Assembly: GCF_002571385.2 (NCBI RefSeq)
Contig: NW_019217824.1
Span: 531,547-595,546, forward strand
Direction of reading: 5' to 3'
Source of the DNA: Stylophora pistillata
Lineage: Eukaryota
Length of the DNA: 64,000 nucleotides
Made by a program: the position numbers and the translations under genes. Numbering within the stretch: the stretch's first letter is position 1; each line of letters starts with the position of its first letter. Below, in pieces: positions 44,401-55,076 of the stretch. The notes beneath the pieces are model-generated. The model was not told where the DNA came from. It saw nothing but the letters and a program-made list of their open reading frames with translations, and did no database searches.

Positions 44401-47400
44401 TCAGTATGCCTTTAAGTTGAATACACACGAGAGTTTCTTACTTTCAATGGAGTCATTATCAACGTGAATAATGTTAAAATATTTTAGGAATTTGGACTCG
44501 GCCGCAATTGACAAACCAGACATCACAGAAATAAAAACTTCCATAAAGGTAAGTGAGCTTATGACAAAAAGCAGAAATGTAGTTGGAGGCTTCATATTAA
44601 ACCGTGATGGCCTAATATTGAGCAGAGCTTTGTTATACTCTGTACCTCTTGAGTAACTTAGTCTTGGGTTTTCGATGTTTTCATTTGCAATCCTCCTTAG
44701 ATTTTTCCATCCTCAGATGTCCTTTTACCTTTTTTTGTTCTTTTTTTTTGTTCTATTCTTTGGTATGTCTTCCCTAGTTCTTCTCAGTAGAAAGAGACAT
44801 GAGAAGCAAGCAGTGCTCTCCAGAAGTTATTTTACTTTTAACAAGAGAGTTGTCCTTTTTTTACTCAACAGGAGGTAACTAACATGATGGAGACATGTTA
44901 CGGTCAGATGGGCAGTCTTTTCCGTAGCGGTAAGTCCAAACATATTCCGATTCTCACAGCTCAAGAGGAAAGATGAGTGTTAATTGACCAATCACCCAAA
45001 TCTATCCATGTTCCAAAATTTTCAGAGTATTCGACCATTTAGAATAAGTGTAATACTCGAGCGGATTGTTTTACACGGAAGCGTACACAGAGAAGCCTTA
45101 ACTGCTGCAAAGCAAGAACCCCTCTCTTGCAAAAAAAAAATTATAAAACAATAAATTCTTGTTTGATCAGCTTTCAGTATTTAACAATAGAGTCAGTCCC
45201 TATGATTTAACATTTGTTCATGGGTGCTAGAAGGCCCAACTTAAATCGCATACACTGAATGGCCAACACATACTGATGAACACTACTTAACCAGTAGTGA
45301 AACAAGGCCTGGTTTGTACGGGATCCCGTACAGGCCTGAGCTTTTTTCAGGCCTTGTTTCACTACTGCTTAAGTAGTGTTCATTACAGCGAAGATCGTTC
45401 TCATACTTATTTCTTTAACCGCAGTTCACATATATGATATTCATATATTCACAAACGTTGACATACTAATATGTTTAGGAAATGAATTATTTAGCTAACA
45501 GACGCATTTTCTATCGGTTTACTGGCGTAAAATCCCGCATGAGATGTTGGGAGAACAAATGGGTTATTACTCCCGATAACCCACTGGTAAATGTGGTCTG
45601 TTGCTTTAATTAAACAAACTTAAAGTAAAACACAGTATGTTTCAATTTTCTATGGGTTTACCGATGCACAGTGAACGGTAGGTTTTTGACCAATCAGGGC
45701 TCTTCGCAATGACTAAGGGCTAACGCTTAAAACGTCAGCCTCGAAACTCTTTACGGTGGCTAATTCACATTATCAACTCAGCTAATACAACCATAATTAC
45801 TCTTGTAGTATCGGTTATTTTGTTAAATTTTGCAATAAGGTACTAGTTATCAGCAGTGTGTTTTCGTATCCCTTGACTTCAAAGAACCTTTCTTGTTACA
45901 GCACTACATAAAATATACTGGAAAATACACACAGAACAAATAATGCACACTTTCTTGATCAAAACCATGAACATGAGGGTCCGGTAAATGATGTTGAGGG
46001 ATCCACATTGAAAAAAGAATTGACGTTCCTTCGTATTTGTGAAAGTCCCTTATCTCTAAATGGAAGAAATCGTTGTCGCCTTGAACTCGGAATCCAATCC
46101 AGACGTCTTCTAGTGATGTACTCCGGGCTACAGATTTTTCTTTTGCAATGCGTCATCCGCTTACTTGTAATGGAGGGAAACACTGTAATATAGAGAAAGT
46201 GGCGTCCCTTCCCCTCCCCACCCCACATGGGCGAGACTGTAGCGTCCAGAGAGTCAGTACAGCCTATCCTAAGTCAAATCCTAAGTTAATTCTTTGATCA
46301 CTTTTCGGCTCCCAATAATCTAAAAGAAGCTGCTCATGGAAGTGACAACACATCTGGTCTGGAGGAAAAATCTTCACGACCAGAGATAAAAGTATAGATC
46401 GCAAAGCTGTTCTTTTGTATTTTTGAAGTTTCGCGATAGTAATGCAAATACGATGGTAATTGCTCATCACAAAATCACAAGGGGCAGATATACACGTTCT
46501 ATCAAAAGCATGATGAAATGTAGATGAGCGATAAGATAATGTTCTGCCACTACAACAGATGTTATGGTGCTCCGCAAGTTATTGGATGAAACCTGGGGAT
46601 AATTGATGGGTTATTACATGACAGCCAAGAAAAGTTGTCCGGGAGAGATTAGTTAAAAGTATGCTTTGGCGGCCATTTTCGCTACTGGCAAGGAGAACTT
46701 GTTCGTGATTCTCCTCAAATCTTGATTGTTATAGGGAGGGATTGTGCTTATAAAACCGGATACGGTTATTCTGAGTCTCTTAAAACAGTCAGGTATAGAA
46801 ATTAGAGAATTCCGCGCGTAACATGTGGGGAAACGTTGCTAAACTTTGCCGCCTGTCGAGTTCCCGTTATGGTTTTTTCAGGCAGTATAGCTCTAAATCC
46901 CAGCTAGAGGTTGTGATCCTGAAGAGGTTGAAGCTGCAAAGGTACAAGTGCTTTGAAAAGTCAAAAACACCACTTTCAGGCCTCGAACCGTTGAAGCCGA
47001 ATTACCACGACTTGGATGCGATAGACGTTCGTTACAAACAACCGAACGTATTGTTCTTGAGAACTGAATTGCTACTTCAACGTCTTGAATACTTAAAACC
47101 ATCAGGCTTGTTACCAAGACAGAAAAGAAAGCTCATTGAACGTTCTCCACCAGTTCTTGTTTTCACTGAAGACCACGAAAATGACAAGGTGAATTATCTT
47201 AGAGGGATTCTTCGTACTCAAAAAGAAGGAGAAACAAAGAATGTCCACTTGTTGCATCGTTGTTGGAGGATGATTTTAATGCCAAAACGAGAACTCGATA
47301 CTCGCTTGGAGTTTATCACAGAAGAGCTAAGAATGGCCAAAGAATCAGCGTTGAAAATGCTTCTGCATTTACCTTGTTTTTTGCTTCATGACACTAACAC

Positions 47401-49876
47401 CTCGTCAGAGGAGTTTGTTGTCATGCATAAGTATGATCTTCCAAAGGGTTACAGCTTAGATCACCACACTGCTAATATCTATCCTCCCATTTATTCTACT
47501 GGCCTTGAGATCAATCCTAGGCTGTTCACCAGACAATCTGATGAAGAACTGTCCCAAACGTTTCCAAAATTATCTCTTGGAGAATTGCTGGATTATTCCT
47601 ATCCAACTCATCATGGAAAAGGAAAAACAGAGGATCTGACTAAGTTTCTTACTGAAGCTGAATACAGAGAACAAAGACCAAAGTACAACAGAATTATGTA
47701 AATAACTCATTGTAACTTGTGATGTGCATCTTAGTCTCTGAACTCCTAGTCAGCTGTCCACTTCAAAGTTATGAACGCTTTATCTACAATGACATCAAAT
47801 TCCAGTTGTGTGTTTTGGATAATTAGTTACAGAGAGTTGAAAGCATTCTTTTAATCAAGATAATAGTGTTAATGCCTAACTTGGTTGATGTCTCACGTAA
47901 AGCTCAGTGTAATTGCTTCTGTAGCATTGAAGCATGATACAAAATAAAAAACAATGTGAAACTTTGAAAGAAATATTTCTGATCCCTTCATTCACCTTCA
48001 GTACTTCAGTTCCTTTAAAATCAATTGTCTTTGCAGATAAAATTTACCCAACGTTCCATTTGTACTAGCTTTGAGCTCTTTCCATCAATGTAAATTTTTG
48101 TGCTGAGCCACTGTTATGCTGGTTAGTTGTTTAAATGAATATTGCACATGCTGAGCCATACTACATGTACTGTCTTATCTCTTTACCTTCCAGACCCTAT
48201 CCCAGTCAAAATTCGAAAAGAATCACCCCTTTCAATGGGATAAAGCCTAGTAACATTTAAATGGGGGTGCTTTCCTCCCAGCTGCACCAACTACTAAAAG
48301 CATAGTCTGTTAGCAGGCCCTCGTTATTAACACTTGAGTGCAAAAGTTTCTTTGCCCACAATCAAGTTTGAGGCTATGATAAGCAACACCAGTCAGGAAC
48401 AGGTCTGCAACTTGTTGGGCACTGGTAATAAGGTGCCAGATCTCTTTCAGACCTCTTGCAGGCTCACTTTGCTCAGGGCTTTAAACTAACTTCCAGGTAA
48501 AGAAACACTTGTGCCAAAGTGCCCGCTTGCAGCCTATTAACAACAGGCCTCAGTCGTTTGAAGGTTGGATAGCACTATCTAACCAATAAATTGCTGTCCA
48601 GCAGATGAGCGTTAATAAAACATGTTGTGCTAACTATAGATAGAGAATTGTTCACTGGATAGCATTATCTAGCCTTTGAAGAACTGGGCTCAGAACAGAG
48701 ATGGTTTAACATGATACTTTGTCCCAACTGTGCTAACTACTGGATAGAGATTTATTCAGTGGATAGCATTATCTAGCCTTTGAAGAACTGGGCTCAGAAC
48801 AGAGATGGTTTAACATGATACTTTGTCCCAACTGTACTAACTACTGGATAGAGATTTATTCAGTGGATAGCATTATCTAGCCTTTGAAGAACTGGGCTCA
48901 GAACAGAGATGGTTTAACATGATACTTTGTCCCAACTGTGCTAACTACTGGATAGAGATTTATTCAGTGGATAGCATTATCCAGCCCTCAAACAACCAGG
49001 CTCAGAACAGGGATGGTTTAACGTTATAATTTGTCCCAACTACTTTGAAGAGTAAGGTAGCAATTCATCTCCAACAACAAGTAATTTTTTTTTCATTAAG
49101 CAGCTTTTCATATGTATGTACTGATGGTACCGCATTCTCTTTTAGGTAACAGGCAGACCTTCTTTGCCAGCCAAGCTACACGCTATGCTGATTTATATGC
49201 AGCCTCTTGTGTGAACCTGCTGCACTATCCCTTCAGCTATCTCTTTAGGGCTCCACCACAACTTGTAAGTGAGATGTTTTGTCTCGTTTAAATCCCAGTT
49301 TTATAATTTCCTTAATGATCAAGTTTAACTTAGCTTTTACTTAGCAATCACACTGCTAAACTGAGTGTTTTTGAAGGCTTACATTCTTGCTACGGTTAGT
49401 TCTTTCTTTCTCAAGCTGTTCACAACAAAGTCATTAAATAATAATTGGGCACTATGTTAATAATATTTTTTTGCTATCAAGCAGTGGGAAATGGCAGCTA
49501 GGTCAAATCATTCTAGGAAATGTTCTGTGAACTGTTCTGATGTCGTCTTTTATGTACAGCAAGATTCTAATTGACTGAGAATGATTTCACTTTACAGATG
49601 CCACATGAATCCACAGTGGAGCATACAGGAGAGCTGTTTGAACCTACGGAAAGCAGTGCCTTTGCCCCAAGGGGCTTCTCTTTTAGTGATGACAACCCAT
49701 CATCATGTACTTTAGATCTTCACAGGCAAATCTCAAAGAACTCCACTGGAAGTGTGTGTAGGTGTGATGATGACGATGATGATTCTACTGAGTCAGAGAG
49801 TGGTGAAAGTGCGCAGGAGCCTAGCACTCCTGTTTATGAGGAGAAGAATGGTGTGAGTCCTTTGGACAAGATATAA
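32488..49876 (+). CDS. NT5C2: Cytosolic purine 5'-nucleotidase (cN-II), HAD superfamily, ~605 aa, 26 coding exons
   Basis: Exons 32488-32544, 34880-35016, 36049-36122, 36318-36394, 37603-37643, 37817-37856, 38473-38528, 38745-38784, 39304-39352, 39563-39620, 39894-39990, 40558-40611, 41179-41204, 41333-41393, 41538-41573, 41684-41765, 42201-42226, 42612-42678, 42827-42870, 42944-43011, 43500-43558, 44278-44329, 44488-44548, 44872-44929, 49146-49264, 49598-49876 (1818 nt, in frame). Motifs [62 protein letters not shown] and an acidic tail. The first two exons are less certain. Confidence 0.95.
34316..34805. mobile_element. PIF/Harbinger-type MITE
   Basis: TIRs GGGACCTAAC / GTTAGGTCCC with TAA on both flanks (3-bp TSD). 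Confidence 0.7.
35194..35458 (+). mobile_element. Penelope-like element / retrozyme relic with inverted arms and a degenerate minimal hammerhead ribozyme
   Basis: 12-bp TSD GTCTATTATGTA (35182-35193, 35459-35470). ~90-bp inverted arms span 35249-35457. GCT-CCGACGA-AGGGCTAACGCTC-GAAAC-GTC-AGC at ~35362-35395 is the CUGANGA...GAAA core with one substitution. Confidence 0.8.
36965..37548 (+). mobile_element. Degenerate CR1/L2-group LINE 3' fragment
   Basis: [37 protein letters not shown] is homologous to the 21655 element; ends in AATAAA plus (TATC)n. Confidence 0.85.
42450..42573 (+). mobile_element. SINE/LINE 3' tail with (TATG)n
   Basis: CTCCCCTGGGGTGGGATGGGTGGG is shared with the SINE at 52080-52401; GAAAAGCCC...GGGAGT...TATGTATGTATG is shared with the LINE end at 63521-63575. 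Confidence 0.6.
43675..44118. repeat. Purine-rich ~23-bp minisatellite, about 20 copies
   Basis: Consensus GCTTATCATAGAGGAGGAGGGAG with variants. Confidence 0.95.
45275..45460. mobile_element. Truncated, inverted member of the tRNA-derived repeat family with 7-bp TSD
   Basis: ACATACT at 45268-45274 and 45461-45467; inverted arms ATGAACACTACTTAA...AAGGCCTG / CAGGCCTT...TTAAGTAGTGTTCAT; CCCGTACAGGCCTGA and CCGCAGTT...TTCATATATTCA are shared with the 247-bp unit. Confidence 0.75.
45702..45800 (+). repeat. Second, more decayed copy of the hammerhead-bearing Penelope-like end
   Basis: TGACTAAGGGCTAACGCTTAAAACGTCAGC...GGTGGC..ATT.ACATTATCAACT aligns with 35365-35440. Confidence 0.65.
46668..46679. 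promoter_or_regulatory. YY1-like motif upstream of the nested gene
   Basis: GGCGGCCATTTT about 145 bp upstream of the ATG at 46823; motif resemblance only. Confidence 0.3.
46823..47701 (+). CDS. Intronless mTERF-family mitochondrial nucleic-acid-binding protein (292 aa), nested in NT5C2 intron 24
   Basis: Single ORF. Arg/Ser-rich, acid-free N-terminus [24 protein letters not shown] resembles a mitochondrial presequence. Repeats fit the mTERF pattern: [35 protein letters not shown]...[40 protein letters not shown] at 47943-47948. Confidence 0.75.
   Translation: MWGNVAKLCRLSSSRYGFFRQYSSKSQLEVVILKRLKLQRYKCFEKSKTPLSGLEPLKPNYHDLDAIDVRYKQPNVLFLRTELLLQRLEYLKPSGLLPRQKRKLIERSPPVLVFTEDHENDKVNYLRGILRTQKEGETKNVHLLHRCWRMILMPKRELDTRLEFITEELRMAKESALKMLLHLPCFLLHDTNTSSEEFVVMHKYDLPKGYSLDHHTANIYPPIYSTGLEINPRLFTRQSDEELSQTFPKLSLGELLDYSYPTHHGKGKTEDLTKFLTEAEYREQRPKYNRIM
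48546..49040. repeat. MITE whose right end plus flank is amplified as a 104-bp tandem array (~3.7 copies)
   Basis: GGATAGCATTATCTAGCC... starts at 48657, 48761, 48865 and 48969; the MITE left arm GGCCTCAGTCGTTTGAAGGTTGGATAGCACTATC is at 48546. Confidence 0.85.
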
Positions 49877-52079
49877 TGAGGAATGATATCGTTATCTTAT
49901 TTAAACGAGACTTTGAATTTGCTCAAGAATTTGAAGGAAAATCATGCAATTATTGTTGTTGATAAACTTCTCTAGTTTTCACTTAATGAAAAACACTTCA
50001 CAAAGCACTGTGAAGGCCTCGATTGATGGCAAAGAAAGGAAAGTATGCAAGTTTGGTTAGAGCATCAGATAAACCACATTTTTGCCAATGCCAATTTCTC
50101 TTTTATACCTAGTGAAATGGATATGAACCCCACACAGCTTTTCAGATTTAAAAAATGGCAGAGTAGATTTCCAGACCCATTCAATAAATTGCACTGTTTA
50201 GCATATGTATCCAATAGGTATTGCACATTTTATATATCTACATAATTATATTTTACACTTAGTAAGGTGGAAGATTGTACTATTTCAGATAATGTAAGTG
50301 CTTATACTTGGATACATATATTTTCTACTTAGTAAGATGTAAGATTGTTCTATTTTGAATAACGCAAGTGCTTTTACTTGGATATCAAGAGTAAAAACAG
50401 AGTCTTTAAATTAGTTCAATGATATTGTTATTATTTATTTGTGGGTGATTTTATTATTGAAATTGATGAAAATTTTTTCTGAAATTTTATTATCCAGGAA
50501 AAGTCTCATTTGTTCCTAACTGAAATGGAAAAAGTGAAAATAAGATCAACAATCCGTTGTCGCACCATCAATGTCAACCATTTAAGTAATTTTTCACTTC
50601 TAGTCAATCGTTTTCTTGAAAAAGTCCCAGTTTAGTTTTTGCAGCCATGTTCTTTGTTACCTGTCACTGTTAGGATGTCTCTATTGTGTTGACACAAAGG
50701 TACAGAAATAAAAAAAAAAAATTAATCAAGGTGGTAGAAATATTAAAGATAATAAACTTCAATCTATGCATAACATCTTCTGCACACATAAACACAACCA
50801 CAAGCACAGTTGATAATTATAATTGCTTGACGAGAAAAGAAATTAAATAATGTATTTTCCATTTTAAGGTCATTGTAATGAAGTAAATGCTTTGTACATG
50901 GAATAGCATGATTTTTCATGTGTTACATGGCCCGAAAAAAGTATAAAAAATGAAGCTACTGAGATAAAGTTTTTTACTACCATTTCAAGATCAGCCAAGC
51001 TTTAGATAAGTGTGTTGCGAATAACTTTGGTGTTAAGTTATGTGAGTAATCTAACAATTTATTTACCATGAAATTGTGTAATCTGACAATAATGTGGGTT
51101 TCATTTGATTGTATTTAGGGTTTGATATGTAGGATTTTTTACCTTTTTCATGAATGCAGTTAAAAAAAAATCCAGACAGTACTATGCCTAGTGTAAGTAA
51201 TGTTATGGTACTTCATCAAGCAAAGCAAAGCTTATTATAAGTAACTTTTCTAGAATATCAATTTACTTTTGTGTTTCCCAGGGAAATACTAGGCCAACTG
51301 GAAGGATAATCTATCAGTGACTCAGAAATCACATTGTGCCCTCTTTTTCCCATGCATTCCCTTTATTAGTGAGTGATGTTGGTTATTGCTGGTATAAAAG
51401 TGATACTGCTGCGGAGAAAATGTCTTTGAATTAAAAAACAAGTCAAATAAAAAAATTAAGGAGAAAAAAAGACAGTGATCAGTAATCAATAGAGTTATGT
51501 TACTTGGTATGTTACTTGGTATGTTACGGAAATTAATATCAAAATTAGCCCCCTTAAGTTTAACAGTTTGGCTAAATTACTGTATGTTGTGGTACAAATT
51601 ATTACTCAAAATATTTACAATATTCACAAATTATTATTCACAATAAATTACTGGTTTAACAAGAAACCTTTGTTATCCTTTTTTCTCCCATCCAAGTTCC
51701 TTCGCGTATGACCCAAAGAGAAAAACCCTGCCACTTTTCAAATGCAAATCTTATGATTCAAACTTGGGGAAAACACTTACTGTGTACATTAGACTTCTTA
51801 ACATTGCTTGGTTAATTAAGTAGAGTCAATTGTAAATCAGAGATCCAAATTTTGAACCTGGAAAATATTCAGTTTGAATCTCTGTTAAGCCACCCAGGAT
51901 ATTCTTTTAAGAGTATATGATTTTTCTTGAAAATAATCTTAAAAAGGCCATTATTGAAACTTATAGATCAATTTTATTTATACCTTCCTTTAAAAAAATT
52001 GATTTTAAGATGTCTACCCTCATGCATTTTCCTCGAGTATTTTTTGTTGTTGTTTCTAGAGAGAGAGAGATAATAATCT

Positions 52080-52401
52080 TTAGACAGGGTGTGTTCTCAC
52101 AGAAGTGGTTTTCAGAATAGCCCTGTAAGCACCCACCCAACCCACCCCAGGGGAGGACATCCATCACACAGTATACTCGTGCGTGGGAAATTAACGTCTC
52201 CTACCCCTAACCCTGCAGGAGACGGGACCTCCATTTATTCGTCCCTATCCGAGAAGACTAGAATATCTAACCATTTCTTGATGTTACAGAAAGGAAGCAT
52301 ATTCTTCTCAGTTATTTTAAGACCTTGAGTGTTGGTCTGGCCGGGGCTCGAACCCTCGACCGCCCGCACAACAGTCGAGCACTATCCATTGAGCTAACCG
52401 G
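52080..52401 (-). mobile_element. tRNA-headed SINE, probably with a Nin-type central domain
   Basis: Minus strand reads CCGGTTAGCTCAATGGATAG...GGGTTCGAGCCCCGGCC (A/B boxes), then GGTCTTAAAATAACTGAGAAG...GGTTAGATATTCTAGTCTTCTCGGATAGGGACG, recalled as the cnidarian Nin-SINE core. Confidence 0.75.
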
Positions 52402-52584
52402 GAGGCTAACATCAGTACATTCTTGCACCATTTAAGTTATGAAGTTTGTCAAGAGTATATTTTTATCTTGAAAAGTCAATTCTTTCTCATTAAGAATATA
52501 TTTACTCTAATTTGACTGGCAATTGGTTTACAGTTTGTATTGGGAGCAATGTTTTTGCAATAAATACCAGAAGTTGAACAAGAA

Positions 52585-52812
52585 GTCTGATTTGCTCAGG
52601 TGAGAGTAGTCATGAAAAGGACTACTGACAGTGACAGCAACTAGCATTTTGAAAACTTGAGCAGAAGGCACCATAAATTACAACTCTGATTGAGACTTCC
52701 CCTAGGGACGTTGACAAAGATTCACCAAAATCATAGACAACAGTGCTTGTTAAGAATGCACTCACTTGGACAACTAGACTCCAACTACTACTCCTGGGTT
52801 GAAACTATTTAC
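52585..52812 (+). repeat. Decayed Penelope-like terminal repeat of a second family (related remnant ~35780-35935)
   Basis: CTCTGATTGAGACTTCCCCTAGGGACGTTGAC...CACTCACTTGGAC...ACTCCTGGGTTGAAACTATTTAC resembles a recalled, frequent coral repeat; heavily diverged. Confidence 0.4.
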
Positions 52813-53293
52813 ACTGGGGAAAAATGAAACAAATAAATTGAAGGCTTGCGACAGGTAATCTCACATGTCTAGCAAGTGGTTTATTATCCATGTCACTGGG
52901 TATGTGACAAGAAAATAGAACAAGAGTGATCTTTAATTCTTAAACCTGAATCCAGAGCTCTTAATTTGGAGTCAGCCTGAATCCTGACAGACCATAAGGA
53001 CAGAGTACCCAAGTCATTGCTCAAGTCTGTCATACTGCATCTCAAGCTGAGGTAGAAATGAGAAAGATCATAGTTCTCTGAATGTTGTTATATTCAATAG
53101 GAGAGCCACTATTTCTAAGTTTCCCCTAGCAAGACTCTGTTTCAATAAGTATACGTTTCACAATGAAATAAAATTTATTTACACGACACATGGTTGGACA
53201 TGGTTACCTATGGTGACATAAATAGAAAATGACTATACCCACATATTCTTAATGAAGGCCTTTCCAGTAAAAGACCTCAAGGGGAAAAACCAC

Positions 53294-54887
53294 CTATTCT
53301 ACACAAAACTTCAAGATAAGTTCTTTGGCCTCTTCCAATCCATGGACTGCTCCACTGGACAAGACTTCAACACCAACAATTCCAGTTTTACGATTAGCAG
53401 ATAGTTCTTGAAGCCCAAAGAATGATTCTACTTCCTGTCTTGGCCTTGCCCCTTCAACATCTTGCTTACAAGCAAGTAATATTAAGGGGATCCCCTTGAT
53501 GCTCTCCTCTGAAAGAACTGCCAATAGGGCATCTTTAGACTCCGTAAACTTTGCAGAAGCACTACTGTCAATGACATACACAATGACACTGACATCAGAG
53601 AGGAAGTTTGGCCAGTAGGATTGAACCTTTCCACCAACTAGTTAACACAAAAAATGCAAAGACGTTATCATTATACCAATATAATATTGGAATTGTAAAT
53701 ATATAAGGAGTTATGTAAATCTTTGGGCTGGGTCATCAAATAGAAGGAGTTATCATTTCATTCCATGTTCAAGACATTTTTCATAAATTCAATGACCAAG
53801 CTCAAAACTTAGCACCTTTCTTTTTCTGGTTATGCAAATGATACTTTCCACATTATGGTCTTGGCAGTATAAAGCAGGACACCTGTCTCAGATGAACCTG
53901 ATACACAGCATAGCTTACCCACAAATTCTCCATAGCTTAGTGATAGAAAAAGAGACAAAAATTGGGGTGGGAGGAGGGGGATCCTGTAACCACTGGCTGA
54001 GGCATCTCCAAACAAATGTTTTCAAAATAAGCCCTGCAACAGGTGGCATGATTAAGCACTGTCTCACTCATCTCTTCCTTCTCAACAAGTTTTCTCTGAT
54101 TGTCAGTTTTGATCATGCTGTCAGAGGATAATGGCCATTTTTCTCTTGCCTTTTTCCAAAAGCTGACTTGACAGTTTTTGGTTGTCAAGGTCAAAATTGG
54201 TTGATATAGATGACTTTACAAGTAGACTTAACTAGGAAATAGTTAATTTTGGAACTAGAGGGAGATTCCCTTAGAAAGAGCCATTCACTAGTTATTGCTA
54301 CTGTATTAAGAAGAAGATTTTACGTTATCCAGGAAAACCAGCTTCTGTTTAAGAAAGAGTGCACCTAGATTCTGTATACAAGGGTATACGGGGTGTTCAT
54401 ATAGGCTTGCACAAATCACCACTCTTCAAAGCTCTCCATTACAACTGACAATACAATACTAATATGGTGCAAAGTACGTAATTAAGCCATGTTTGCTTCG
54501 TTTTTTTCTTGTTATCTGCAGTGGTAAAGCTTACTTACTTTCCCAAACATTAAGGCTAACGCCTCCGGTTGATACACAAACAACATTGAAACCTTGGGTT
54601 GGCTGGCTAACTTCACGCTCAGATGTGACGGGGCTGTCGTGCTGAGCCAAAGCGGCCAGAAATGTGCTCTTTCCAGAATTTTCCAGTCCCAATACTAGAA
54701 CTTTTTTCTCTGCTGCATCTCCAGCTGTCTCTCGATCGTCAGATTTTTTTTTCTGATCGATTGATTTTTGATTGACGTACAATGTGAACAGTCCGTAGGC
54801 GCTTGTCACAGCTGCAACGCCACTAAGAATTCCAATGGATATCTTCCACGGAACACCAAGATCCCGAAACCAGCTTGAAAGACCCAT
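53294..54887 (-). CDS. ARF-like GTPase with N-terminal transmembrane anchor, ARL9/ARL10-like (~230 aa, 2 exons)
   Basis: Exon 1 54887-54539 (donor A|GTAAGT), exon 2 53637-53294. Hydrophobic ISIGILSGVAAVTSAYGLFTLYV; G1 GLENSGKST, G2 PTQGFN, G3 WEIGG, YVIDSS, G4 CKQD. Confidence 0.88.
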
Positions 54888-55076
54888 TTCGTACTCTTAT
54901 ACACCCGCTGGCTGGACCTCTCAAACGCCAATATATCCACTTTCTCAACAGATTTTTAGCGTATAATAAATGTACACCTTCCCCAGATCTCTTTCCATAG
55001 TCGAAAGAACCTGGGAACCAGAAAAGAAATTATGAGCCCTCTATACTTGGACAGCGTTTCGTCGCAAAAAGAAAAC
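54888..55076. promoter_or_regulatory. Compact bidirectional promoter between the ARL gene and FRA10AC1
   Basis: The divergent ATGs are separated by only 189 bp; AAACATGGCGG (YY1-like) overlaps the FRA10AC1 start. Confidence 0.7.
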
